DNA of 64,000 nucleotides from an uncultured delta proteobacterium (GTDB lineage Bacteria; Desulfobacterota; BSN033; UBA1163), in contig CAWHBU010000002.1 of NCBI GenBank assembly GCA_963827685.1, positions 800,001-864,000 on the forward strand, in the 5' to 3' direction. The notes below the pieces were generated by a model. That model ran no database searches. It saw only the letters and a list, made by a program, of their open reading frames with translations, and had not been told where the DNA came from. Each line of letters starts with the position of its first letter. The first letter of the stretch is position 1. Made by a program: the position numbers and the translations under genes. This document shows positions 54,113 through 64,000 of the stretch, piece after piece.

Positions 54113-54652
54113 ATGTCTTGGAAATTGGCGGTCGTGCCTGAACGATGTTCGGGATGCAAGATTTGTGAATTGGTCTGTTCCATCAATCGTTTTGGAGTGA
54201 ACAACCCTAAAAAGAGCGCCATTCGGGTGATGGTAGTCTACCCCCACCCGATCATACGGATGCCCATTGTCTGTCGACAATGCAAGGTTGCCAAATGCAT
54301 GGAGAACTGTCCAACTGGAGCCATCACAACGAAGGACGGTATCTATGATATTGACAGTGAAAAGTGCATCTCCTGTCAACAATGCGTGACCTCCTGTCCT
54401 TTTGGTGCTGTCTTCCTTCACGAGGAGATCGAAACGCCTTTTAAATGCAATCTCTGTGACGGAAATCCACGCTGTGTGGAGGCCTGCCCCAAGAACGCAC
54501 TCCTGTTTTTACCTGAACATGTTTTAGGTCAGGCCCAGAGGATGACCAGCGTTTTAAAATATGTGCACATGAAAGAAGTGGAGTATGTGGAAAAGGGAGA
54601 AAGGAAGGTCCTGAGGTATGCCGACATCGAAAAGGGAAAAGCGGAAGATTAA
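54113..54652 (+). CDS. 4Fe-4S dicluster electron-transfer protein (AOR partner subunit)
   Basis: CSGCKICELVC, CRQC...CMENCP, CISCQQCVTSCP and KCNLC...CVEACP. Confidence 0.9.
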   Translation: MSWKLAVVPERCSGCKICELVCSINRFGVNNPKKSAIRVMVVYPHPIIRMPIVCRQCKVAKCMENCPTGAITTKDGIYDIDSEKCISCQQCVTSCPFGAVFLHEEIETPFKCNLCDGNPRCVEACPKNALLFLPEHVLGQAQRMTSVLKYVHMKEVEYVEKGERKVLRYADIEKGKAED

Positions 54653-56480
54653 AGGCGGATATTTCTGGAAGATCCTCTGGGTCGATCTCGATCGTGATGA
54701 GGCAAAGCCTTTAGAATTTGACGAAGCCTTTGCCTCGAAATATATCGGCGGAAGGGGATTCGGGGCCAAACTGGTTTGGGATCAGCTCCAGAAGCGAACC
54801 ATTGATCCCCTCGGTTCAGAAAATCTATTAGTGATCTCTCCTGGACCTCTGGCTGGCCTTTACCTTCCTGCCTCTGGGAAAACATCCTTCGTCTCCATCT
54901 CTCCCGAAACAGGAATTTATGGTGATTCGAGCATGGGAGGGTCTTTTGGTGCAGAACTCCGACAAGCTGGCCTCGATGCCCTTGCCATATCAGGAAAGGC
55001 TAGGTCCCTCTCCTACCTCTGGATCGATAATGGAGAAGTAAAAGTCATTCCAAATGAGAGATTAAGAGGGAAAGGAAGTTTGGAGAGCGAAGGGATGATC
55101 AAGGAGGATCTGAAGGATGAACATATTAAGGTAGCCACCATCGGTCCTGCAGGAGAGAATCGGGTCCGATATGCCTGTATCACTTCAGATTGGGGAAGAA
55201 ATTCTGGAAGGACTGGCATCGGTGCGGTCATGGGCTCAAAGAACCTCAAGGCCATCGCCGTGCGTGGTTCTAAAGATCTCCCTGTTTTTGATCTTCCAAG
55301 ACTACAAAAAGCTTCTGAGGTCTCCTTTCAAAGTTTAAGGGAAAATAAGAATTTTACCTTCTGGCAGGAACAGGGCCTCATGTCCGTCATCGATTATGTT
55401 AATGAAGCCGGCGTCATGCCCACCTACAATTTCAGGGAGGGTGTCTTCGAGCATGCCAAGAAGATCAATGGCTACGAAATGCTCTCAAAATATAAGATCG
55501 GTGATACCTCTTGCTTTGCCTGCCCAATGGCCTGCGGAAATGTCTGCTTGGTGAAAGAAGGAAAATACCGGGGGACGGTGGTGGAAGGTCCGGAGTACGA
55601 AACAGCTTGCATGTTCGGTCCCAATATCGGAGTCCAAAATTTTGCTGCCATTCTCAAGGCAAATCAACTCTGTGATGAACTCGGAATCGACACGATCACC
55701 GCTGGAAATCTGATCGGAGTGCTGATGGAGGCGCAGGAGACAGGCCTTCTTTCTGAAAAAGACCTGGATGGCCTCAACCTCAAATGGGGAGCTGAAGAGG
55801 CCATCTTGGATACGGTCCATCGGATCGCCCACCGGAAAGGGATTGGGAATATCCTTGCTGAAGGAAGCCTCGGGGTGATCAAACAGTGGCCTCAACTTCG
55901 ACCTATCATCTCGCAGGTAAAGGGCCTTGAGCAATCTGCCTACGATGCAAGAATTGCTATCTCCATGGCATTGGGATATGCCACCTCGGATATCGGAGCC
56001 CACCACGCGCGTGCCTGGACAATTGCAAAAGAGCTGGAAATGGGGATGGAATGGCCATTGGAGAAGAAGGCCGATTTGGTGATCTATCATCAGACGCTTC
56101 GGCCTCTGTTTGACATGTTAGGAGTCTGTAGGTTGCCTTGGATTGAACTGGGTTTCAATGAACATCAATATGCAGAATTCTACTCAGCCGTCACAGGCAT
56201 CGAAACCACATTGAATGAACTTCTCCAACGGTCCATGGATCTTTATGACCTCACCCGGGCCATCAATATGAAATTTGGCATCTCTCGGAAGGATGATTAT
56301 CCTCCTGAAAGGGTCTTCAACTTGCCGATGACCGAAGGCCCCCACGCAGGAAAGATCTTAAAACGCGAAGATTACGAGGCGATCCTCGATATCTATTATC
56401 AGAAAAGAGGCTGGACCAAAGATGGCCTGGTTGATAAAAAGAAAATTGCGGGTTTCAACGATCCACTGATGACAACTTGA
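54618..56480 (+). CDS. Aldehyde:ferredoxin oxidoreductase (tungstopterin AOR family)
   Basis: KYIGGRG, SPETG, IGPAGEN, GRTGIGAVMGSKNLKAI, EGPEYET, CDELGIDTI and YYQKRGW. Exact start uncertain. Confidence 0.9.
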   Translation: MPTSKREKRKIKGGYFWKILWVDLDRDEAKPLEFDEAFASKYIGGRGFGAKLVWDQLQKRTIDPLGSENLLVISPGPLAGLYLPASGKTSFVSISPETGIYGDSSMGGSFGAELRQAGLDALAISGKARSLSYLWIDNGEVKVIPNERLRGKGSLESEGMIKEDLKDEHIKVATIGPAGENRVRYACITSDWGRNSGRTGIGAVMGSKNLKAIAVRGSKDLPVFDLPRLQKASEVSFQSLRENKNFTFWQEQGLMSVIDYVNEAGVMPTYNFREGVFEHAKKINGYEMLSKYKIGDTSCFACPMACGNVCLVKEGKYRGTVVEGPEYETACMFGPNIGVQNFAAILKANQLCDELGIDTITAGNLIGVLMEAQETGLLSEKDLDGLNLKWGAEEAILDTVHRIAHRKGIGNILAEGSLGVIKQWPQLRPIISQVKGLEQSAYDARIAISMALGYATSDIGAHHARAWTIAKELEMGMEWPLEKKADLVIYHQTLRPLFDMLGVCRLPWIELGFNEHQYAEFYSAVTGIETTLNELLQRSMDLYDLTRAINMKFGISRKDDYPPERVFNLPMTEGPHAGKILKREDYEAILDIYYQKRGWTKDGLVDKKKIAGFNDPLMTT

Positions 56481-56556
56481 ACAAGCTAAGCGTTTAGCGC
56501 CCTGCGCATAGGGTTAACTATACTGAACGCCATATATAAGTCGATGTCCGTGTGGT

Positions 56557-56660
56557 GTCATTGCGAACGGAGCCCTGCACCGCATGGTGAGAAGGGCGGA
56601 GTAAAGCAATCTCATGAGATTGCCACGTCGTCCCGCCAAAGCGGGACTCCTCGCAATGAC
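56557..56660. repeat. GTCATTGCGA...TCGCAATGAC palindromic element with nested modules
   Basis: Terminal IR GTCATTGCGA/TCGCAATGAC, inner GCAATCTCATGAGATTGC palindrome, and nested TCCCGCCAAAGCGGGA (56631-56646). Confidence 0.75.
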
Positions 56661-56723
56661 TACTTTATTAAACCATTCACTATAGTATCTTTATCTTGAC
56701 CTTAACCTCAACCATGAAGATTT

Positions 56724-57053
56724 ATGCCTGATCCGATCGTTGTCCTGGTTACCTGTGGTTCCGAAGAGGAAGCGCTGAAGATTGCCAATGCTTTGGTGGA
56801 GGAACATCTGGCCGCCTGCGTCAACCTTGTCGCTCCAATCCGTTCTATCTATCGATGGGAGGGAAAGATCTGGGACGAAAAGGAATGGCTGTTGATCATC
56901 AAGACACAAAAAGATAGGTTTGAGGAATTGGAGAAGAAAGTGAAGTCCCTTCACTCTTATTCTGTCCCTGAAATCATCAGCCTTCCTATCACAGAAGGTT
57001 CTTCGGCTTATCTCGACTGGTTAGAAGAAATGACCAAAGAGCAGAAATTCTGA
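56724..57053 (+). CDS. cutA: Divalent-cation tolerance protein
   Basis: LVEEHLAACVN, SIYRWEG, LIIKT and HSYSVPEII. Confidence 0.93.
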   Translation: MPDPIVVLVTCGSEEEALKIANALVEEHLAACVNLVAPIRSIYRWEGKIWDEKEWLLIIKTQKDRFEELEKKVKSLHSYSVPEIISLPITEGSSAYLDWLEEMTKEQKF

Positions 57054-57220
57054 TTACGAGATCCGGAATTCGAAACGAACACAAATGTTCAAAATACTAA
57101 CATCCCAAACAATTAAAACAATTTCAATTTTAGATTTTAGATTTGTTTAGGCGTTGATTCTTACGTGGTTCAATCTGAGAATTTCCTTCTAACATTCAAA
57201 GAATGATCCCCAAAAAAATC

Positions 57221-57313
57221 TCCCCTCCCTTGGTGGGAGGGGATGAAGGGGAGGGGGAAGACCGGTTCTTTTGTCCACCCCCACCCTGGCCCTCCCCCAT
57301 CTAGGGGGAGGGA
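57221..57313. repeat. Inverted pair of CCCT/AGGG REP-like hairpins
   Basis: TCCCCTCCC-ttggt-GGGAGGGGA...GGGGAGGGGG and CCCCCACCCTGGCCCTCCCCC-atcta-GGGGGAGGG. Confidence 0.65.
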
Positions 57314-57351
57314 GTAGGTCTGGGAAATTTCAAATGGTTTTGGTTAGGATT

Positions 57352-58812
57352 TTAGAGGGTAGGTTTTTTGAGATGGTAATCCGTGTTCTGCTCGAACGTG
57401 TAGGCCACTCTTAAGAGCATCCCTTCGTCAAAGTGCTTTCCCATGATCTGAAGGCCAATGGGAAGCCCTTCATGGCTGAATCCGCAGGGGATAGAGATGG
57501 CGGGAATTCCTGCCAGGTTCACAGGAATGGTATGGATATCGGATAGGTACATCTGGAGCGGGTCTTCTGTCTTCTCACCAATTCGAAAGGCGGGTGTGGG
57601 GGCGGTGGGGGACATAATGACATCCACCTTTTGAAACGCCTCCTCAAAATCCTTCCTTATGAGAGTTCTTACCTGCGAAGCCTTTCGATAGTAGGCTTCA
57701 TAATATCCGGCAGACAGGACATAAGTTCCCAGGATGATCCGTCGTTTTACTTCTTTTCCAAATCCCTTTGCACGGGTCTGGGTATACATCTCCATCAGAT
57801 CCCGATACCCTTTTGAACGAAAGCCATACTTTACCCCGTCATATCGAGCCAAATTGGAACTGGCCTCTGCTGTTGCAATGATGTAATAAATGGCCACCGC
57901 ATATTCCGTATGGGGTAAAGAGATCCTCTGAATTTCCGCTCCCCACTTCTTAAAAGAATCGATCGCCACTTTGACGGATTTGTCCACTTCTGGGTCCATT
58001 CCCTCAATAAAATATTCTTCAGGGATTCCAATTCGAATTCCTTTGATATCCTTTTTCAATGACTGCTTATAATCCGGTACCTCCGTGTTAACAGCGGTCG
58101 AGTCACAGGGGTCATAACCGCTGATCGCATTCAACAGAATGGCACAGTCTTCCACATCTTTTGTGATGGGGCCGATCTGGTCCAAAGAGGAGGCAAAGGC
58201 TACCAGCCCGTATCTGGATACTCTGCCATAAGTCGGTTTCAATCCCACCACTCCGCAACAGGAGGCTGGTTGTCGGATCGAACCCCCTGTATCGGTGCCG
58301 AGAGCGGTGATACATTCATCAGCGGCCACAGCAGCTGCCGAACCACCACTGGAGCCTCCCGGAATCCGCTCAAGGTCCCAGGGATTATGAGTGATTTGAA
58401 ATCCTGAGTTCTCTGTCGAGGAGCCCATAGCAAACTCGTCCATATTGAGCTTTCCCAAAAAAACGGCATTCTTCTCTTTAAGTTTTTTTATCACTGTCCC
58501 ATCGTAAAACGGAATATATGCATCTAAGATTTTAGAGCCACACGTCGTCCTAATCCCTTTTGTGCAAAGGATATCTTTTAGCCCGATGGGGATCCCCGCA
58601 AGGTCTCCAATCTCTTCTCCTTTGGCAATCTTGCGATCGACCTCAGCAGCCTGGCGGAAAGCCTCTTCTTCTGTCAGCAAGAGATAGGCCTTGATCCTTT
58701 CGTCCACCTCTCCAATACGTCGGTAGAGAGCCTCCGTTGCCTCCCTGGAAGTGACCTTCTTCTTCACTAAAAGGTCGTGCAATCGGTGGATGGTCAATTG
58801 ACGTAGTTCCAT
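57352..58812 (-). CDS. gatA: Asp/Glu-tRNA amidotransferase subunit A
   Basis: [40 protein letters not shown] and EVKRRIILG. Confidence 0.96.
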   Translation of the reverse strand: MELRQLTIHRLHDLLVKKKVTSREATEALYRRIGEVDERIKAYLLLTEEEAFRQAAEVDRKIAKGEEIGDLAGIPIGLKDILCTKGIRTTCGSKILDAYIPFYDGTVIKKLKEKNAVFLGKLNMDEFAMGSSTENSGFQITHNPWDLERIPGGSSGGSAAAVAADECITALGTDTGGSIRQPASCCGVVGLKPTYGRVSRYGLVAFASSLDQIGPITKDVEDCAILLNAISGYDPCDSTAVNTEVPDYKQSLKKDIKGIRIGIPEEYFIEGMDPEVDKSVKVAIDSFKKWGAEIQRISLPHTEYAVAIYYIIATAEASSNLARYDGVKYGFRSKGYRDLMEMYTQTRAKGFGKEVKRRIILGTYVLSAGYYEAYYRKASQVRTLIRKDFEEAFQKVDVIMSPTAPTPAFRIGEKTEDPLQMYLSDIHTIPVNLAGIPAISIPCGFSHEGLPIGLQIMGKHFDEGMLLRVAYTFEQNTDYHLKKPTL

Positions 58813-58870
58813 ATTTGTCTATTTCCCAAGGGTTTTATTAGCGGACACGAGACACGGCCACGGACCACGA

Positions 58871-59149
58871 CTATTCGATGATCTTCGGTACCTTGAAATG
58901 TCCGTCCTCCTGATCGGGTGCAATTGCCAAAACCTCTTCCTGCGAAAGAGAGGCTTTTACTTCGTCTTCTCTAAAAACATTGTAGACGGGGATGGCGTGG
59001 GATGTTGGCTCCACCCCAGTGGTATCGAGTTGGTTCAATTGCTCCATATGGGTGAGAATTTGTTCCAACTGGTTCCCGAAAGTTATCTTTTCTTCCTCAG
59101 ATAACTCAAGGCGAGCCAGCCTGGCGACTTTTTCGATATCGATCTTCAT
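58871..59149 (-). CDS. gatC: Asp/Glu-tRNA amidotransferase subunit C
   Basis: VARLARLEL, LDTTGVEPTSH, FRED and FKVPKII. Confidence 0.93.
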   Translation of the reverse strand: MKIDIEKVARLARLELSEEEKITFGNQLEQILTHMEQLNQLDTTGVEPTSHAIPVYNVFREDEVKASLSQEEVLAIAPDQEDGHFKVPKIIE

Positions 59150-59169
59150 CTTGCCTTCCCCCAACCGCG

Positions 59170-61839
59170 TTACCCCATCATCTCTTTTATTTTATTCAAA
59201 CTCTCTTCTAATTTCTCACGCTGGATGCGGAACTCCAACGCTTTCTCTTTTACTTCTTGAACGACCTCTGGTGGAGCTTTGGAAAGGAACTGTTCGTTGG
59301 AGAGCTTCTTCATAACGAACCCGCTCTCCTTCTCAATTTTCACGATCTCTTTCTGAAGCCTTCTCGCCTCTTCTTCCATCCGAGACCGATCCATCGGGAC
59401 AAAAATTTCAACATCTCGAACGACAACAAAAGCACTGTAGAGCGGTTTTTCAAGATCCCGTCCGAATTGAAACTCTTTAATCAGGGCGAGGAACTGAATA
59501 AAGGATTGATTTTCCCGAAGCCTCTTCTCCACTTCTCTGCTCTTGGTTCGCAAGAGCACAGTGATCTGTTCTCCAGGTGGAAGGTTCATCTCTCCCCGGA
59601 TGTTCCGGAGGGCATTGGTCACTTCAATGATTAGTACCATCTCCTCTCCCACGGCTTCATCATCATACTGTGTGTTGGGTTTTGGAAATTCGGCAATCAT
59701 GATCGATTCATTCTCTTTTCGCTGGGGAAGTTTCTGCCAGACCTCTTCGGTGATAAATGGCATGAAGGGATGAAGCAGCTTGAGGATGGAATCGAGAACC
59801 TCTAAGAGCGTCCGCTTGGTAAGGTCCTGTCTCTTCTTGCTCACCTCCTTGTAGAGGAAGAGCTTGGTCAACTCAAGATACCAGTCGCAGAATTCATGCC
59901 AGATAAAATGGTAGAGGGCATGGGAGGCTTCATTGAATTTGTATTCTTCTAATGATTTTTGAACCTCCCGTATAACCTGGTTTAACCTTCCCCGGATCCA
60001 ACGATCTGGAAGGCTAAATTCCTTTGGAGGAACTTCCTTGGTCATCTTGTCAATATTGAATTTCTCAAGATTCATCAAGGCAAAACGTGAGGCATTCCAG
60101 ATCTTATTGGCAAAGTGGCGGTAGCCTTCTGTCCTGGACTCAGAAAGTTTCAAATCGCTTCCGGGCATGGTCAGTGCTGCGAGGGTAAAACGGAGGGCAT
60201 CGGCACCGAAACGATCGATGAGATCAAGAGGATCGACCACATTTCCGCGTGTCTTCGAATATTTTTCACCCCTCTCGTCTCTCACCAAACCATGAATATA
60301 CACATCCCTGAAGGGAACATCATCCATAAACTTCAAACCCATCATCATCATTCTGGCCACCCAGAAGAATAGGATGTCGAAGCCGGTCACCAGGACAGAA
60401 GTGGGATAGAACCGCTTCAACAACTTCGTCTGTCTTGGCCATCCCATGGTGGAAAAAGGCCAGAGGGCAGAACTGAACCAGGTATCTAACACATCCGTCT
60501 CAGGGGTTAAATGATCGCCACCGCATTTTGGACAAAAGGTGGGTGTCTCCTTGGATACAATCACTTCCCCGCATCGATCACAATACCAGGCAGGGATACG
60601 ATGCCCCCACCAGATCTGCCGAGAGATGCACCAATCCCTTATATTCTCCATCCACTCAAAATAGGTCTTCTCCCAGACCTCAGGGATGATTCGAGTACGG
60701 CCATCTCGAACAGCCTCGATGGCCGTTTTAGCCAAAGGCTTGGTTTTTACAAACCATTGAAGAGAAAGGTTCGGTTCTACGATCGTCTTACAGCGGTAAC
60801 AATGACCCACCACATGGCGGTAGTCTTCAATCTTGATCAGGACCCCGTCCCGCTCAAAATCTTCGACCATCCGCTCTCGACATTCAAATCGATCCATTCC
60901 TTGATAAGGGCCTGCGTTGTCATTCATTCGTCCTGCTTCATCAATCACCTTAATCTGTTCAAGACCATGCTTCAAACCAATTTCAAAATCGTTGAAATCG
61001 TGAGCCGGGGTGATCTTCAAGCAGCCCGTCCCGAATTCGATATCCACATAGGGGTCTCCAATAACAGGAATCTCTCGGTGGACAACGGGGAGGACGACCT
61101 TCTTCCCGATGACCGCGTGATAACGTTCATCCTCGGGGTTAACCGCTACCGCCGTATCCCCGAGCATGGTTTCCGGCCGGGTAGTTGCCACGACGACGAA
61201 GCGATCGCTGTCCTTGAAAGGATATTTGAGATGGTAGAGTTTCCCCAAGACCTCTTGATGCTCCACTTCGAGATCGGACAAAGCGGTTTGGCATCGGGGA
61301 CACCAATTGATGATGTAATGGCTTCGATATATCAGGCCTTCCTGATAAAGACGGACGAAAACTTCTTTGACCGCTTCCGAAAGGCCTTCGTCCATCGTAA
61401 ACCGCTCACGGCTCCAGTCACAGGATGCCCCCAGTTTCTTCAACTGGCTGATGATCGTTCCCCCGGACTGTTCTTTCCACTTCCAAACCCTCTCGATGAA
61501 TTTTTCTCTTCCCAGGGTGTGTCGGTCGAGCCCCTCCTCTAGAAGTTGCTTCTCCACAACATTCTGAGTGGCAATGCCCGCATGGTCCGTTCCCGGCATC
61601 CAGAGGGCATTGTAGCCCTCCATCCTTTTGAATCGAATCAGAATGTCTTGAAGGGTATTGTTCAGTGCGTGTCCGATATGAAGAACACCGGTTACATTTG
61701 GAGGTGGGATAACAATAGAATAGGCTTTCTGTTCTGAATCTTCATCGGCCCCGAAATAACCGCGTTCCTCCCAATAACGGTACCATTTGTCCTCCACCTG
61801 GTGGGGATCGTAAGATTTGTCCAAAACCTTTGAGGCCAT
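59170..61839 (-). CDS. valS: Valine--tRNA ligase
   Basis: PPPNVTGVLHIGH, DHAGIATQ, DWCISRQIWWGH, DVLDTWFSS, KYSKT (KMSKS variant) and a C-terminal coiled coil. Confidence 0.97.
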   Translation of the reverse strand: MASKVLDKSYDPHQVEDKWYRYWEERGYFGADEDSEQKAYSIVIPPPNVTGVLHIGHALNNTLQDILIRFKRMEGYNALWMPGTDHAGIATQNVVEKQLLEEGLDRHTLGREKFIERVWKWKEQSGGTIISQLKKLGASCDWSRERFTMDEGLSEAVKEVFVRLYQEGLIYRSHYIINWCPRCQTALSDLEVEHQEVLGKLYHLKYPFKDSDRFVVVATTRPETMLGDTAVAVNPEDERYHAVIGKKVVLPVVHREIPVIGDPYVDIEFGTGCLKITPAHDFNDFEIGLKHGLEQIKVIDEAGRMNDNAGPYQGMDRFECRERMVEDFERDGVLIKIEDYRHVVGHCYRCKTIVEPNLSLQWFVKTKPLAKTAIEAVRDGRTRIIPEVWEKTYFEWMENIRDWCISRQIWWGHRIPAWYCDRCGEVIVSKETPTFCPKCGGDHLTPETDVLDTWFSSALWPFSTMGWPRQTKLLKRFYPTSVLVTGFDILFFWVARMMMMGLKFMDDVPFRDVYIHGLVRDERGEKYSKTRGNVVDPLDLIDRFGADALRFTLAALTMPGSDLKLSESRTEGYRHFANKIWNASRFALMNLEKFNIDKMTKEVPPKEFSLPDRWIRGRLNQVIREVQKSLEEYKFNEASHALYHFIWHEFCDWYLELTKLFLYKEVSKKRQDLTKRTLLEVLDSILKLLHPFMPFITEEVWQKLPQRKENESIMIAEFPKPNTQYDDEAVGEEMVLIIEVTNALRNIRGEMNLPPGEQITVLLRTKSREVEKRLRENQSFIQFLALIKEFQFGRDLEKPLYSAFVVVRDVEIFVPMDRSRMEEEARRLQKEIVKIEKESGFVMKKLSNEQFLSKAPPEVVQEVKEKALEFRIQREKLEESLNKIKEMMG

Positions 61840-61859
61840 CGATGCACCCTTCGTCCTCC

Positions 61860-63440
61860 TTATTCCTTTTCTCCCTTCTGAAGCCGCTTAATCTCTTCTT
61901 GAATCGCCTTTTCGGCTAAATCCGGAATAACCTCTTTCACCATCCTCTCAATCCGCTCAGCGGTGAGACCAATGATATGTTGGGTCATCAATGGAAGGAT
62001 CTTTGTGATGAAATCCCCTACCATGTCCTGAATCCCTTTCGCAATGACCTCTTCCAGATGTTTATCGAGCACCTTCACTAAAGGGCTCACTTCTTCCATC
62101 TGCCTTCTCACTTCACTCACCAGGGGTTTGATCTGTTCCTCGAAAAGTTTTGGAGCTTCGAATTCTTCGAGGGTCTCCATTCGTGTCACTTCAGGCTGAA
62201 TCTCCTCTATTTTGACCTCCTCCGGTCTGGCCTCTTTTGGCTTCCCCATGACACTAATCTGTTCTTCTCCCAATATCTCTTCTAAAAGTTCATCCGGGAA
62301 CTCCTCTTCGGGCAGTTCTAAGAGTTTCTCTTCCTCCAAAAATTCCTCTTTGGACAGCTCTTTAGGTTCCTCGCGCTCCACGAATGGCTCCACAGGAATG
62401 GCTTCTTCTGAGATTTCTTCCTTAGGCTCCTCGATCAGAAAGGGCTGGAGTTCTTCCTCTACTGCAAACTCCTCTATGGGGATGGCTTCTTCTGAGATCT
62501 TTTTCTTAGGTTCCCCGACAAAAAGAGGCCGTCGTTCTTCCCTCGGCAACTCAGCTTCTACTTCCTTCTGAGAGGTTACCTCGAACTCTGGGAGATCCAA
62601 ATATTTTTTAGGAGGCTCCTCCATCTTGGAGGGCTTTTCTTCTACATATCTTACCTCTTTATCAGAAGGCCACTCCTTCTCTAAAGAGGGCTTAAATTGT
62701 TCTACCTTTTCAAGGATCTCCTCCAATTCGATCTTCTCAAAAAGTTCGTCTTCAGGTGAAGCTCCTTGAGAGGGCCTTCCCTTTTTAAATTGGAAATCGA
62801 TGTCTCGGATTTCCCTCTCGGGACGAAGGGCGAATTTCTTTTCTTCTGGTTTTTCGTCAAACTCCAGTTTTTCCCAGGGCTCTAGAGAAGTCATCTCCTC
62901 GAACGATTTTCCTTTATCTGAGGGAACGAAACTATCAATGCTCATCTTGGGTTCGGGTTCATCCACGACATCCACCAATTCGATGATTTCGTCTTCCCCT
63001 TCCCCTATTCCATCCAATAAAAAGTCCTCCTGCTTCTCAGAAACCATTTTTTTCCTCTTTCCGACCACGTCCTCTTCCACCAGGTGGTCCACCAAATCAA
63101 GAACCTCATTTTCGTTGAGAGGTCTTGAGATCACCCCGTCTGCCTGGAAGCGTTTGCGATCCTTTTCCGAAATCTCATCAAAGATACTTGAGATGAGGAT
63201 GAACGGGACGTGTTTAAACTCCGGATCCCCTTTGATGGCCCCACATAATTCCAAACCACCCATCTCATGAAGACCCGTCCCCGAAGCAATGATCATGTCC
63301 GGTTTGAAAAGTTTTGCCCTAAGAAGGGCATCCTCCCCGCTCTCTGAAAAGATGAGGTGATAATCAGCGCTTCCAAAAATTTTTTGAAACTCTTCCTGAT
63401 CGGCCTTATCCGAATCAGCAATTAAAATTTCCTTTGCCAT
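61860..63440 (-). CDS. RomR-like response regulator (receiver + long acidic linker + conserved C-terminal helix)
   Basis: Atypical receiver domain (KEILIADSD), Glu-rich linker, C-terminal IERMVKEVIPDLAEKAIQEEIKRL; directly upstream of valS. Confidence 0.7.
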   Translation of the reverse strand: MAKEILIADSDKADQEEFQKIFGSADYHLIFSESGEDALLRAKLFKPDMIIASGTGLHEMGGLELCGAIKGDPEFKHVPFILISSIFDEISEKDRKRFQADGVISRPLNENEVLDLVDHLVEEDVVGKRKKMVSEKQEDFLLDGIGEGEDEIIELVDVVDEPEPKMSIDSFVPSDKGKSFEEMTSLEPWEKLEFDEKPEEKKFALRPEREIRDIDFQFKKGRPSQGASPEDELFEKIELEEILEKVEQFKPSLEKEWPSDKEVRYVEEKPSKMEEPPKKYLDLPEFEVTSQKEVEAELPREERRPLFVGEPKKKISEEAIPIEEFAVEEELQPFLIEEPKEEISEEAIPVEPFVEREEPKELSKEEFLEEEKLLELPEEEFPDELLEEILGEEQISVMGKPKEARPEEVKIEEIQPEVTRMETLEEFEAPKLFEEQIKPLVSEVRRQMEEVSPLVKVLDKHLEEVIAKGIQDMVGDFITKILPLMTQHIIGLTAERIERMVKEVIPDLAEKAIQEEIKRLQKGEKE

Positions 63441-63522
63441 CCTCGGGTCTCCTGTTTGCGGCCGGGGAGAACGGATAATCATTCTCTCAATTGTAATTTT
63501 TTATCACAAAGAACATAGAATG

Positions 63523-64000
63523 TCAAGAAAATCGCAGTATTTCGCCAACAAAACGACCGACAAGGGAATGGAGATCGACGTCGAAATCATAGTTGGCCCT
63601 CACAGTGGGTTGATCGATTTGGATCTTTTTTCTCAAATCCATTGGTGTCGCGATGACCACAGCATCACAAACGCAGCGCCGGATGGTCTTCTCAAGGTCT
63701 TTAATCTGTTCCTCCCAATAACCCATGGCTGGAAGCACTCGACCGATATGGGGGTATTTCTCATAGACCTCTTTTAGTGAGCCCACCACGTAAGGCCTCG
63801 GATCAACCAATTCTCTGGCCAGCTTCCTCGAAGCCGCGGCACCTGCTCCATCAGGCATACCCCCATGGGTAATGGTGGGGCCATCCTCGACGACCAACAC
63901 TCTTTTGCCTGCGATTCTTTCTGGATGATCTAAATGAGTGACAGAGGGTGCCTCCAAAACTTTCGCCCCGGGATTCATCAGAGAAATATTCTTTCTAATC
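63523..64000 (-). CDS. COG2403 GTPase-like / cyclic 2,3-diphosphoglycerate synthetase-family protein (3' part; 5' end beyond window)
   Basis: VLVVEDGPTITHGGM..GAG, VDPRPY, LPAMGY and VIATPMDL. Confidence 0.78.
   Translation of the reverse strand, partial: IRKNISLMNPGAKVLEAPSVTHLDHPERIAGKRVLVVEDGPTITHGGMPDGAGAAASRKLARELVDPRPYVVGSLKEVYEKYPHIGRVLPAMGYWEEQIKDLEKTIRRCVCDAVVIATPMDLRKKIQIDQPTVRANYDFDVDLHSLVGRFVGEILRFS

Noticed and set aside
57054-57351. Missing gatB after gatCA
   Set aside because: Split gatCA/gatB arrangements are common and gatB is probably elsewhere; no remnant is seen in the gap.
60511-61542. 343-aa plus-strand ORF and the many other antisense/overlapping ORFs in the track
   Set aside because: These are shadows of well-supported genes on the opposite strand (here valS) with no recognisable motifs.

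Overview
This is a mostly housekeeping bacterial chromosomal segment whose gene content points to Desulfobacterota/'Deltaproteobacteria' (pilBTCSR, RomR-like regulator beside valS, iorAB, tungsten-type AOR, selB). Core genes include ribF, lepB, mutL, accA, dnaE, guaA/guaB, hflX, rtcA, nfeD-stomatin, hup, rmuC, ltaE, cutA, gatCA and valS. The one complete mobile element is an IS1202-family (IS481-related) insertion sequence at 2753-4182 with a perfect 17-bp target duplication. The intergenic spaces carry several families of short palindromic repeats that nest inside each other's hairpin loops, including a two-copy ~150-bp MITE-like element with different passengers in the same loop. Other observations: hflX appears to start at a non-canonical ATT codon; a perfect sigma-54 promoter precedes pilB although pilA is absent; an orphan NrdR-box/DnaA-box cluster lies upstream of selB; a beta-propeller gene has an in-frame TGA; and three single-base frameshifts all abut GRGCYC sites, probably methylation-linked sequencing errors. 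I found no CRISPR array, rRNA or tRNA. All calls are from reading the sequence and ORF translations by eye; no searches were run.
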